From: Psammoneis japonica
Lineage: Eukaryota
Direction of reading: 5' to 3'
DNA: 64,000 nucleotides
NCBI GenBank assembly: GCA_008632985.1
Contig: QPGO01000098.1
Coordinates: 62,001 to 126,000, forward strand
A program made the position numbers and the translations under genes. A model generated the notes under the pieces. That model did no database searches and had not been told where the DNA came from. It saw only the letters and a program-made list of their open reading frames with translations. Positions 11,815 through 23,017 of the stretch are shown one piece after another. How positions within the stretch are numbered: position 1 is the first letter of the stretch; every line of letters begins with the position of its first letter.

Positions 11815-13227
11815 TTAAGTGTTATCAGCACCATTCCCCCTCATGAAAGGAACAATATGATTGGCAGCAAATGTTCGTACAATTTCATACTGCTCGGCTT
11901 CATCCACCATGTCAAGTAAATCAAGCTCATCTGCAACATCGTCATTGTAGTGCGGAGCTAGTAATCGCAGAGCATTTGCCGCTTCCTTGGCATAATTTCC
12001 ATCTGAGCTCACCTTTCCCTGACTTGTCGGCAATTCTCTTCGATTCGTTGACGACTTCTCTCCACCGTCCCAATTTGAGTGTCGCGATGCTCCGCGGTTG
12101 CCTCCACATGCTTCGGTATCCCCGTCCTGATTCGGGGAACTATCATTATCACTCATGTCGTCGGGTGTCTTGTCGGGACCGGTTCGAGAGCGTTTTGGCC
12201 GTGGCGCCTGGGAAAGTTTTAGAAGGAGAGCCTGAAAGGAGAGCCTGTCGGAGAGTGTGGAAGGAAGCGTTAATGGTGTGATACTTGTGGACTCGACCGC
12301 CAGGATGTTCTCTAGGATATATTTCGAGGCTGCCGCGGCCATGCTACCCTCTTGCACGAGCTTGAAAAGTGCAACACCCCCGGGGGCATCGTCACAATCG
12401 GCGAACCAGTAAAATGTCCAGGACGACTCTAGGTCTGTCAAAATAGATACGATTCCACGCATTTGGTTGAGAAACGCCGCCGCGAAGTGCTCGGCAATGA
12501 CTTGTGGACTGTGATCTTTGTTCGCAAGGTTTCTCGGTTTTTTCAGCTCCATCTGAGCATCAAACGAATTTCGGATAGTCTTGTGTTTCACGTCCTCTAA
12601 TGTCGTAATGACCACATCAGTTGTTCCTTTAATTCGTCTCGTGTCGGAATCCAACCCCCGAATTTCGACGTCTAAGAGACCCCGGATCGGCTGCACGTCC
12701 GCAAAAAGATAGTCGCCCGGTAACCGCATATTTTCCTTTAGATACTTCATGTAAGTGGTACGGTTCTCATAAGAATCTTCTGGGCTGCTATTCCACTGAA
12801 AAACGGGGCAATCGGGAAATGTCGACGGCATGGTGGGCCAACTCGCTGACTTCTCGGGCATATCCAAAAACATGCTCAACAAAGCCCGCTTGGATCTGAC
12901 CGTAGCATCCGAAAGAACAATGGTTTTACTCTTTGCTGCGTAATCTAAAGCCATGCTGACTAGCGCCGCCGTTTCCTCTTTGGTAAACAGCGCCGGGGGC
13001 GGCGGTGGTGGCTGCTGCTGCTGCGGCGGCGGCGCTTGCGGTGGTCCTAGTGTGTACTTGCCACCCGGTACAAGGGTTGCGAACCCCCTGACTTGATACC
13101 CCTCCTCGTCAATCAAACACTTGACACCTTCTTGGTCGAGCAATGTGTTGAGCTCCGCGTCAGTACTGAGTCGCACACGACCAACATCTTGTACGGTTAT
13201 TCCAACAGTTTTGGTAGCCATGGCCAT
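11815..13227 (-). CDS. Crinkler (CRN)-like protein: short N-terminal header, P/Q linker, restriction-endonuclease-fold domain
   Basis: Uninterrupted ORF of about 470 aa with normal Tyr and TpA content. Motif pattern KGTTDVVI...MELKK...QVIAE...SILTDL..W fits a PD-(D/E)XK fold. Family call is from memory of motifs. Confidence 0.7.
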   Translation of the reverse strand: MAMATKTVGITVQDVGRVRLSTDAELNTLLDQEGVKCLIDEEGYQVRGFATLVPGGKYTLGPPQAPPPQQQQPPPPPPALFTKEETAALVSMALDYAAKSKTIVLSDATVRSKRALLSMFLDMPEKSASWPTMPSTFPDCPVFQWNSSPEDSYENRTTYMKYLKENMRLPGDYLFADVQPIRGLLDVEIRGLDSDTRRIKGTTDVVITTLEDVKHKTIRNSFDAQMELKKPRNLANKDHSPQVIAEHFAAAFLNQMRGIVSILTDLESSWTFYWFADCDDAPGGVALFKLVQEGSMAAAASKYILENILAVESTSITPLTLPSTLSDRLSFQALLLKLSQAPRPKRSRTGPDKTPDDMSDNDSSPNQDGDTEACGGNRGASRHSNWDGGEKSSTNRRELPTSQGKVSSDGNYAKEAANALRLLAPHYNDDVADELDLLDMVDEAEQYEIVRTFAANHIVPFMRGNGADNT

Positions 13228-13886
13228 TGTGGTTACAAGTTCGTACCACAACAACTACTGTATGTAGAGATGATGTTTGAGATGTTTTCGATCGTACGGT
13301 AAGGAAGTGGTTCAGCCCAAGAAAAGGAAGAAGATAAGGAAAAATCTTTGTACTAAGATTCAGGTAGTATCCTACGTAGATTATGACGTCAGCTGTGGCG
13401 CTGCGCGTGTTTTCTGCGCGATGCCATGAGCGAAAAAGCACACGGAACGAACTCGTCGTGCGTGATGAGCCGTTGTCGACGATGGTCAATGCGGGTGTGG
13501 ATAGCCAGAGAAAGCACAAGGCGCTCCTTATTGACAACTGCATCTGTTGAAAGTCTCTTCTCCCATCTTGAGCTTGTTGTGGACTCGATTGGAAAGAACA
13601 TGCTGGAAGACAACATGGAAGCATGTTGTCTCTTTGGACCCAAGATTGTGGTGCCCAACGGCGTCTGCCTCGCTCGTTGAATGCAGCATGTTGAAGTGCA
13701 TTGGTTCTACTAGGGACAAGTCATCGACTGCCAGAGTAGATGAAAGGATCATGTTAGTTGCAACTACGTGGCAAATCACGATGATTAGATTTTTCCTTGT
13801 CTGGTTTCCTTGTCTTTCCTCATCCAAGGAAATTTGGGGTCGAATGAGGAATTCCCTGCGATCGAAAAACCTGTGCATGTGCTGTC

Positions 13887-14133
13887 CCTCCTTGCACCCA
13901 AGTTTAGATGGAGATGGACTGACTCAAACCAACCCCGCTCGATGACTGTGACCCCTTGCTTGACCCGCATTGGAAGTGGGGTGCTTCCGACTCAAGATGA
14001 CTCGGTCTGGTCTTCTGACTGTGACCGGTCAAACTTTGGTTTTCTTTTCTCTCACTTTTCCAGCTTTGTCGGAACAGGAACCCTGATCAATGTGACTGGA
14101 TCACTCAAGCTTGGAAAAGCATTCTTCTTTTTA
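13887..14133 (+). repeat. Split direct repeat A1
   Basis: Near-identical to 22304-22550. Confidence 0.95.
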
Positions 14134-14322
14134 GTCTCTCTCATCATGTTGGATTTCTTCGCCTCGGGTGTCTCTGATGATGCGTTCGTCGATTTGGCTC
14201 GTCAGCTCGAGACTGATGTCATCTTGCCGTTCTCGTTGAGCTCTCCTGCAGCTGCCTCTCCTCAGGCTCACCCCTCTGGGGCTGCATGACAGGGGGGTCA
14301 CAAGGGCTTAAATCCCCAAGGC

Positions 14323-16602
14323 TTGAGCGAGGACATTTCGGGGGGTCATGGTCATCACCAATCGGACATTGACAGGGCGGAGTTGGGGGAAGTCATTTCC
14401 CACCCTCCAGGAACTCACGTTTTGGAGAGAGACGCGTCCCGCCCATTTCAGAGGGAAGCTCGCTCCTCTCGGGCAGGCTTCTTTGGGCGGGATTTGGCGG
14501 GTGATGGTCGGAGCATGCTTGAGATGGAGGGGGAAGGTGCGTCTTCTTCGTCCTCGCATGTGTCTCGTTGTCGGATCACCTGGCTGGAGACGACTGGCGC
14601 ACCCCGATGCTTGGGAATCAAGGGTGGGGGGGCCACCTTCTGCCTCAAAAAGGCAAGCGACTGCAACGTGAAGCACAAGGGTGGAAGTGTGGACATCCCG
14701 GCCATGGGGATGGTGGTTGTCCTCAAGTCACCGGATGCGGGGTTTTGCCAGCCCATTCTAGACGGAGGAAGCATGTCAGGCGAGGTGTCAGCAATGTGGG
14801 AATCGGAGTCGGATGCCCCAGCCGGTTGGAGGCAAAAGTTCTTGGTGCTGTCCAATGGCGAACCCTTCTTCACCGAGGACGAGGTTGAACCAGCCCTGCA
14901 GGAGCATGAAAGGGCAGCCGTCTTCAAGACGCCGGCTCGCAAGGAATGGCCGGAACCTGCCCCCCTTCACGAACACACCGTGTTGGAGGGGTTCATCCCA
15001 CATGAAAACAGATTCTGTCTGCACCTGCGCAGTTCCTGGCGGCAAACAAGAGCCTGTCTGCTTTAGCCCGGGTTGTGCAATCTGCCAAGGTGGTTTGCGG
15101 CAAGTCGGAGAGGCACTGGCCGGACCAGGTGACAAGGCCGGAAAGCGATCCAATGCCATGGAGTCCATGCTTGACATTCTCAGCCGCAAATTGGATCAAC
15201 TCGATGCATCCCTCGGCACTCTGACGCAGAGCTTTGATGAATCCCTCCTGGCTCCCACCTCTGGGGTGCCTTGGCAAACGTTGCATGTCGTGAATCAGGA
15301 GTCCAGTCCACGGACCTTGTGGACCGCATCACGGAAGTGGAAACGGGTTGGAGAAGCCAATCCAACCACCTCGTAAGAACGTTCAACAACAGGCTCCAAG
15401 GGATGCAAGACCGGTTGGGATCTATGGCGAGCCGCGCTGACCTGGAAACCTTGAAGAGAAACATGCTCCAGGTCTGCACGCAGCTGACCTCAAAGGTGAG
15501 ATCGTTGGAGTCACATGGAGCTGCGGGGTTCTCACCGCCAGGTGCTGCCCATGATCAAGGCTCCGTGGACGCACGCCTCACTCGACTGGATCGATCAGCA
15601 AGTGAGCTACGTGCAAAGTCAGACAAATCAGCGATCATGTTTTCGGGGGCAGGCGCATCGTCTTACGAGGATTGCCAGGCTTGGATGACGCAACACTTCC
15701 CGTCGCGGGCTTGTGGATGTTTGACCGACATTGTCCTCCTCTTGGATCGGATCAAAGGAATCGAGCCAATGGCACTGCACCATTTTCTATCCCAGTGGAC
15801 AAAGCGAATGAGTGTGAACATCGAAACCGAGGAAGATGCGCGAACCCTGGCGGGCTTCCAATGTCGCACGCCTCGAATCCTTGACTCGGGATCTGTGAAG
15901 TCGACCCAGACCTTGGGATTGCATCCCTCATGCTTGGACAGGGTCGAGACCCACGAACACTGGTCATCAGGGAATGTGGGAACGAAGCACTTCATCGAGG
16001 GGAAGATCGCCACGGTGGAGAATGATGTCATGGAGGACATCAATCAGCGCATCAGACCGGGAACATTCGAGAGCCAGGTGGTGCAGGATGCGTTGTCGAA
16101 ATCGGTGGCCTTTCTGCGGGCGCTGGCACAGTTCATGGACTCGACTTGTGCATCACTCACCAACCTGAGCAAGTTCTCCAAGAAGAAAGCGTGGTCCTTG
16201 ACCACCAAATTAACTCACCGCATCTTCTGGGACATCCACAAGGTGCGCTCCGGGGTTTTTACCTCCATTTCAGGCACGGACCCAGACGCAGTGTGCAGCA
16301 AGATTTTGTGGGCGGTGTTTCGGACCCAGGACATCATGGCGGAGCACACGTCGCTGGGCTTTGCCGATCATCCCTCAATGGCATCGGAGTGTGTCAAGTT
16401 TCTTGCGACAAACTCAGGTTTCGAGGTGGCAACGGATTTGCAATCCTCTGTCCTGACGCTGACCGAGAAAGCCAAAAACGCCAGCTCAGAGGCCAAATCA
16501 GCCCAGGCGCGAGGGGATGCTGCTCACGTTGAGCTTGGAAAATTGTGGACGGAGATTAAAGACCTGACTTGTTGGCTCAAGGCTCTGGAGAACAAGAAGT
16601 GA
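14323..16602 (+). pseudogene. gag-like ORF1 of the YR retrotransposon (frameshifted)
   Basis: Consecutive ORF pieces 14323-15066 and 15271-16602, with a Cys/His cluster (CLG..FCLKK..CNVKH) and predicted coiled coils; position upstream of RT. Confidence 0.65.
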
Positions 16603-17477
16603 AGCTCACGGGGAATGGAGGATCTGCGGGAGCAGCAGGTCTCGATTGGCAGGCCGACTGACCTGGGGCATGTCATGCGAGGCCAAAAAGCCTTCTCTTT
16701 TCAGGGAGCTTGTTTGATTCTCACCTCCGGTCCCCCAATCTGGCTTTTGTCCATGAGACCAAGGGAATGGCCCACTGTCTGCTGCTGCTGCGACGACACT
16801 GCCAGCTCCCACTGGAGCCCCCCATTGGCAGAGTTGTTCCAGAGTCAGTTGGACGCCTCCTTGGCACGTGTCTCGTGGTCAAGTGTGGAACAACTGGCTG
16901 AGCAGGTTGATGTTGTTCTCATGTCGGGGCACCCTCGTTCCTTGAATCTGCGGCACACATGATGCGGTCGGCGCCCTTGATTGTGATCCCTGTGGGAGCA
17001 GTTTCCAGGTGCAGCCTCCTCAGACTGCACCAGTTGCAGCGGCGGGACTTGACACACGTGGTGGTGGGCGGTGTTGCGTCTTTTCGGACTGCGCTGTTCT
17101 GGCGGGGGGTTCCTGCACCGGCCCTCAACGGAGGCCTGCGGCGCTCTGTTGGGCACATCATTGATTGTAAGCTCCCTGGGTCGCCATCGCCTCAACACCC
17201 TCGTGGTGATTTTCACAAGGAGGGTGACCTTCTCAACCCACAGTTTTTGAACCGACCAGTCGTTTGCTCATCTCATCGGTCGTTGACAGGTTGGGTCACC
17301 CGCACACTCTCGGTGGATGAGATGCTGGTGGCCTGGGATTTCCCTCTGCATTTCCAAATGTCCCAGGTACATCGGGCTTTTGAGCGGGGTTTTTCACTTG
17401 TCCCATTGAATCTCCTCACCCTTTTTGTGGAGGCGTTTGTTGAGGGCACTCCCCGGGATTTGCCATGACCTGGGGGT

Positions 17478-20250
17478 GTGGACCATGGGGACACGGTGGT
17501 CAAGGTTCCACTTCTCGGGGCTGGGACTTGGCCACCAGGTCTTTGGCGGCATTTGCCGCACACATGGATTGACGCATCTCTCATGACGGCGAAAGCCGCC
17601 AAGGACGATGCAGCGGTGCCTCCTTTCCGGTTGTGGGACAAGCGGATGACCCTGCTTTTCCTGGGCTTTGGCAAGGTTTTACCTGCCCTTCAGGACTTGG
17701 CACACCAATGGTGGCGGCGGAGGACTCTTCGGTCCTTTCGAGCACATCTGCGTTGGGAACATGGGTCGACGTGGGTCGCCATGCTGGCGATGCAATGCCG
17801 GCGTTTTGGGGACGCTACCGGGCATCTTCGGGGGGGGTTTGTCGCCACCCTCCACTCCCGTCCTTGGTGCTCGATGCACACCTTGGGGCGGAGGCGTTGA
17901 CACAAGCATTGGGCAGCTCCTGGTGGAATTGGGACCGAGGTTCTTCCCTTTTATTTTGGCGATGGCCCACTCCGGAACAGCGAGTTGGGGCTCGGGATGG
18001 GATCCGGATGTTTGTCAAAGGTCCCCTCCCTCGCAATTGCCGATGGCAGCGCATCCGGGGGTCCGAGCATGAGATTCTCAGGATGGCGGACAAAATTAGA
18101 AAGGTCCAAGACCAAGGTGCATCCATCGTGGAAGGGTGATTAGCTCAACCGACCATTTCTGGGTCCCAAAAACCGTCCGGGTGGAACCCCAGAATGGTCG
18201 TCTGGTGGAAATCGTCGAGGACGTATGAATGGTTTATGATGGGACCTCTTCCAGGTTAAATGATGCCCTCTGGGCACCCTCTTTTTCTTGCCCACTCCCG
18301 CGTCGGTTCTGGGGTGCATGACCCGCTCTGCTTTTTCGGTGGACCTCGATCTGGGTGATGTGTTTTTGAACTTTTTCATGGATCCCAACATTCGACCACA
18401 TGCGGGGATGACTTAACCCCACTCAAGCCATGTCTCCCATCGCAGGAGTCGATCTCGGCAGGCCCGCTCTGGTTTGAGCGATGGAACCGTTTGTTTGTGG
18501 GCATGCGGCCCAGCCCCTGCTTGGCGGTGCGGGCATTCCATTGGGCCGATGAGATTGCCAGAGGTGATCCGAACCGAGTCTCCAACATCATGGGATGCGA
18601 CAGGCTGCTCCCAAACTTGCCGGGTGACCCAAATTTCCAGATGGAGAAACCGTTTGTCATGAAGTGGAATTCGCGTCGCAAGGAAATTGCTGGCGACATC
18701 AAAACCTTTGTGGATGACTTGCAGGGAATGGGGGCTAGCGAGGAATCCGCGTGGCAAGTTGCTCACCAAATGGCCTCGTGCTTGCAGCATCTTGGTCTGC
18801 AGAATGCTGCTCGAAAGGCACGCCCTCCTTCTCAGATAGAAACCGGAGCTTGGGCTGGCACCATTTTCCGAGTTGTCAACAGGATGTCACCCAGTCGGCA
18901 TCTCAGGCCAAATGGGGAAAGCCAAGGGCATCATCGCCGAACTGCTTAGTTTTTACGCCAAGCAGCCGGAGGGCTTTCTTCCCACTTTTGACTTCAAGGA
19001 TCTGGAGGGAAAGCGGGGGTTTCTAGTCCACCTTGCTGTGACTTGCTCTTTTCCAATGCCATTCCTAAAAGGGATCCATCTGACCCTTGACTCCTGGCGC
19101 CCAAATTGGAAGAAGGATGGTTGGGCGATGACGGCCAAAGAGTTTGCAAGTTGGGTTCACCACCTCGCTGAGAAGCAGGGCCTTGACCCGGCAGAGGTTG
19201 CTGAGGGGCTGAGGGATCAACCGCCCCCTCCGCAGGTCATGGCGGTCCCTCGTCTTTTCATGGACTTGACAGCCATGGCCGCATTGCGGAGTCGCCGACC
19301 CCTGCTGCGGTCATCATCAGGTCCTCGAAAATCGTCACCATCCTCCATGGCTTTGGTGATGCATCTGGAAAAGGCCTTGGCACCTCCTTGGAAGCAGCAG
19401 ACGGAACAATTGCATTTCGGATCGGTGTGTGGGGCGATGATGAACTGGGGAACTCATCCAACTGGAAAGAGTCATCCAATGCGGTGGATGCCATCCAAGA
19501 ACTTGGAGAGCAGGGAGAATTGACCGGCGCGTGTTTGTTCTTTTTTACGGACAACTTGGTTGCCGAAATGGCTTGGTGCAAGGGCACCTCTTCCAGCCCT
19601 CTTCTGCTTGAGCAGGTTGTCCGGTTGAAAACTTTGGAGGCTGAGCATGGGATTGGCCACATCTCATGCATGTCTCGGGGGGGCGGATGACAGCACAGGG
19701 TGCAGACGGAGTCTCTGGGGGAGTGTTGTCCGAGGGAGTCATGAACGGAGCCAAGATGCTGTCATTTGTCCCTCTCCATCTTAGAGCCACAGCATGGTCG
19801 GCCACTCTCTTCACGTGGGTTCAATCTTGGGCTGGAGCCCCTCCTCCGGAACTGCTGACCCCCTTGGATTGGTGTCAGAAGGGTCACGACATTGTGGGGT
19901 GGAATTGCCCAGCTTGCGAAGCAATCGAAATGCCCCATTTCAATGCGGGCACTTGGGTCTGGGCCCCACCTCCAGCCGCTGCGAGAGCGGCTCTGGAAGA
20001 GCTCCGGATCGCAAGGATCAAGCACCAGACATGTTTCGCATGTTCATCTGCCCACGTCTAATGACACCGGAGTGGCAGAAGCAGTTGCACAAGGCAGCGG
20101 ATCTTGTGTTCACCATCCCGGCTGGATCAAGGCCTTTCTGGCCAGGTGACATGTTCAAGCCCTTGCCAATTGGCCTCTTTTTCCATTTGTTTCCTGCAGC
20201 CCTTGGCAGCTTTGGGGAACCCCAAAAATGCATGCTGTGGACCGGTCCTT
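17478..20250 (+). pseudogene. RT and RNase H of the YR retrotransposon (frameshifted)
   Basis: VDLDLGDVFLNF, GMRPSP, KTFVDDL, WAGTIF (RT); GFGDASGKGLG, FFFTDNLVAE, AQGADGVS (RNase H). Confidence 0.85.
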
Positions 20251-20599
20251 GCGGCGAGTGTGGCCGGATGCTGCGGTGGACGAAAGGAACATTCTGCGCA
20301 AATTTTGTGCACAATGCAGGAATCTGGCCGGCATGTCAGAGAGCATGGTGTCCAGGGTGTTGCACTTCAAAAGAAAGCATGACTTTCCATCCAGGGGGGA
20401 CTCTGGTGGACGACCCTCAAAACGATGATGCGCAAACACACGGGGGGGGACCGCCCAAGGCTGGACGACAATGCGTGGCACCGGAAGCCGCAGGACAAAA
20501 ACAAGTTCGTGCGGGCGCGAGCAGGGATCATCTCATGGTGGCGTTTGAGTGTGACACCTGTGCATTTCACAAGCTGCACCAGAGGGAACCTTTGCCTCA

Positions 20600-21743
20600 T
20601 CACCTGAGATGAGGTTGCTCCAGCGTGCATTCGGCGGGTGATCTTGGATGCGTTTTGGAGCAGGGAGTCGACAACGGTCGAAGCAAATGCATCGAGAGTT
20701 GGAAGAGGCCTCGTCTTGTCTGAACGTCTGGGCCTGACAGGGCCTCACCTCGAGCCAGGTCCTCTCCCGTCCTGTGATCACTGTGGGCATGAGGTCGCCA
20801 TGCAGATGTCTTGGCTTCGACGGCTGCAGGAAAACACTCTGAATCGTACACTCAGTTTGATGCGATTCGAAAATCATGCGGCTCACTCCAATCAGGTGCG
20901 CGCCTCGGCGCAGGCCAATTCACGTGCTCCAGCATTGGGGGACTTGGAAGGGAAACAGCATCTGCGGATGTGCGAAGACCCGTGTGCCTCACTGTGGTTC
21001 CAACGTTTTATGACCGGATGCAAAAGAGGATGGGCCAAGATTGGAGGCCCGACAGAGCGATGTTGGTTGATGTCATGCAACATCTGTTGCCTCGGGTCGA
21101 GGAGAAGGCTCTTCGAGCCCCAGGGGAGGTGGACAGATTTGTGCACCTTGCACGTGGATTGCACTTTGTGGCTGGCTGCGTCTTGTCTCTTCGAGGTCCC
21201 GAAGGTCTTCTTGTGGACTTGGGGGCTCTTGTCAAACATCTGCCAAGACATGCAGAGCATGTTGTGGCAGAGTCAAGGGAGAGCATGGGGAGCGGCAGCA
21301 CCCCCAGTGTCAACGTCACCAGCTCAGGTGTCAACCTTCAGTTTTGGGTAGAAATGGCAGTCTCGCTGCACTGGGGCCGTCGGCGAACACGTGGACCAGT
21401 GATGTCGAATGTGGACGGAGAGGTCTTATCCACTGAAGAGCTCAACGCTTTCTTGCATGAAGTTTTGGGAGACATCTATGATGACCACCCAAGCCTGTTT
21501 GCAGCTGACATCACTTCGGTTGCTGACACACAGGACAAGTGTGATGTGAGTCATTCGTTCAGGAGGGGTTCGGACTCGCGTGCCATTGCTCAAAAGGTGT
21601 CGGAAGATGACATTGACATCGTCAACTGGTGGAAGAAGAAGGAAAGATCGGGTGCGGCACGACCTGCACATAAAATGCGCCAACACCACGCCGATGTCAC
21701 CCTTCTTTTACCCTCATTCCTACGTCATGCCAAGGCCATGTGA
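20600..21743 (+). pseudogene. Tyrosine recombinase of the YR retrotransposon
   Basis: SLRGPEG (Arg), HSFRRGS (HxxR), W, and MRQHHA where the catalytic Tyr is expected. Confidence 0.85.
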
Positions 21744-21855
21744 TTCGGGCGGTCGCAAGCCCTTGGAAACGTCAGGTCCCCGGAGAGCAGTCTTCCAGCT
21801 TCCTGCTCTCTGGATCTTTATGTTTGGTGGCCACTGCCCAGGATTCTCATCGGGG

Positions 21856-22306
21856 GGATTAGAGCTCGACCCGCCTCATTCGGCCTCGGGAGTCGACAAG
21901 ACGAGGTCTGGGATTGCTGCGCAGCACAACACCTTCGACGGCTTCGGTTTTCGTGCGGGAAAACCTTGTCTGGCGTGTCTTCGTTCGAGACGGTCGTTTG
22001 CTCTCTAGTTCGCACCCAACGTCGCAAAATGCCGAAGGGTGCGACACTAGAGTTTGGCTCTCGAAAATGCCCGAGGTGTTGGTGCTCCGTGGATTTTCCG
22101 GAAGAGCCCCTGTGCTGGCACAGGACCCTGTGGAGGTTTGGGTTTCTCCCATCCCCCCGTGTACGGAGCAGAGCTCATGCCGAAAGCTCTGCTCTGTGAG
22201 TCTCCTGAGTGTCACAAGGTTTTTCATTGCTTCTTGGTGGTTCTTGATTGGGATCATTCGAGATCTAGTCCGAAGCGGCGGTTTGCTGAGTCGACACTCG
22301 GATCCT
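21856..22306 (+). repeat. Split direct repeat B1
   Basis: Aligns with 22568-23017. Confidence 0.95.
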
Positions 22307-22550
22307 CCTCGCACCCAAGTTTAGATGGAGACGGACTGACTCAAGCCAACCCCGCTCGATGACTGTGACCCCTCGCTTGATCCGCATTGGAAGTGGGGCA
22401 CTTCCGACTCAAGATGACTCGGTCCAGTCTTCTGACTGTGACCGGTCAACCTTTGGTTTTCTTTTCTCTCACTTTTCCAGCTTTGTCGGAACAGGAACCC
22501 TGATCAACGTGACTGGATCACTCAAGCTTGGAAAAGCATTCTTCTTTTTA
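22304..22550 (+). repeat. Split direct repeat A2
   Basis: Aligns with 13887-14133. Confidence 0.95.
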
Positions 22551-22567
22551 CCCACCCACCACACCCT

Positions 22568-23017
22568 GGATTGGAGCTTGACCCGCCTTGTTCGGCCTTG
22601 GAGTCAACAAGACGAGGTCTGGGATCACTGCGCAGCACAACACCTTCGACGGCTTTGGTTTTCGCAGGGGAAAACCTTGTCTGGCGTGTCTTCGTTCGAG
22701 ACGGTCGTTTACTCTCTAGTTCGTACCCAACGTCGCGAAATGCCGAAGGGTGCGACACTAGAGTTTGGCTCTCGAAAACGTCGAGGTGTCAGTGCTCCGT
22801 GGATTTTCCGGAAGAGCCCCTGCACTGGTGCAGGACCCTGTGGAGGGTTTGGGTTTCTCCCATCCCCCCTTGTGCAGAGCAGAGCTCACATCAAAAGCTC
22901 TGCTCTGTGAGTCTCCTGAGTGTTGTGAGGTTTTTCGTTACTTCTCAGTGGTTCTTGATTAGGATCATTCGAGATCTAGTCCGAAGCGGCGGTTTGCTGA
23001 GTCGACACTCGGATCCT
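22568..23017 (+). repeat. Split direct repeat B2
   Basis: Aligns with 21856-22306. Confidence 0.95.

Larger units (their letters stand above)
13887..23017 (+). mobile_element. Full-length tyrosine-recombinase retrotransposon (DIRS order, Ngaro/PAT-type split direct repeats)
   Basis: A1-ORFs-B1-A2-B2 repeat layout with gag-like, RT, RNase H and YR coding regions in between. Confidence 0.92.
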
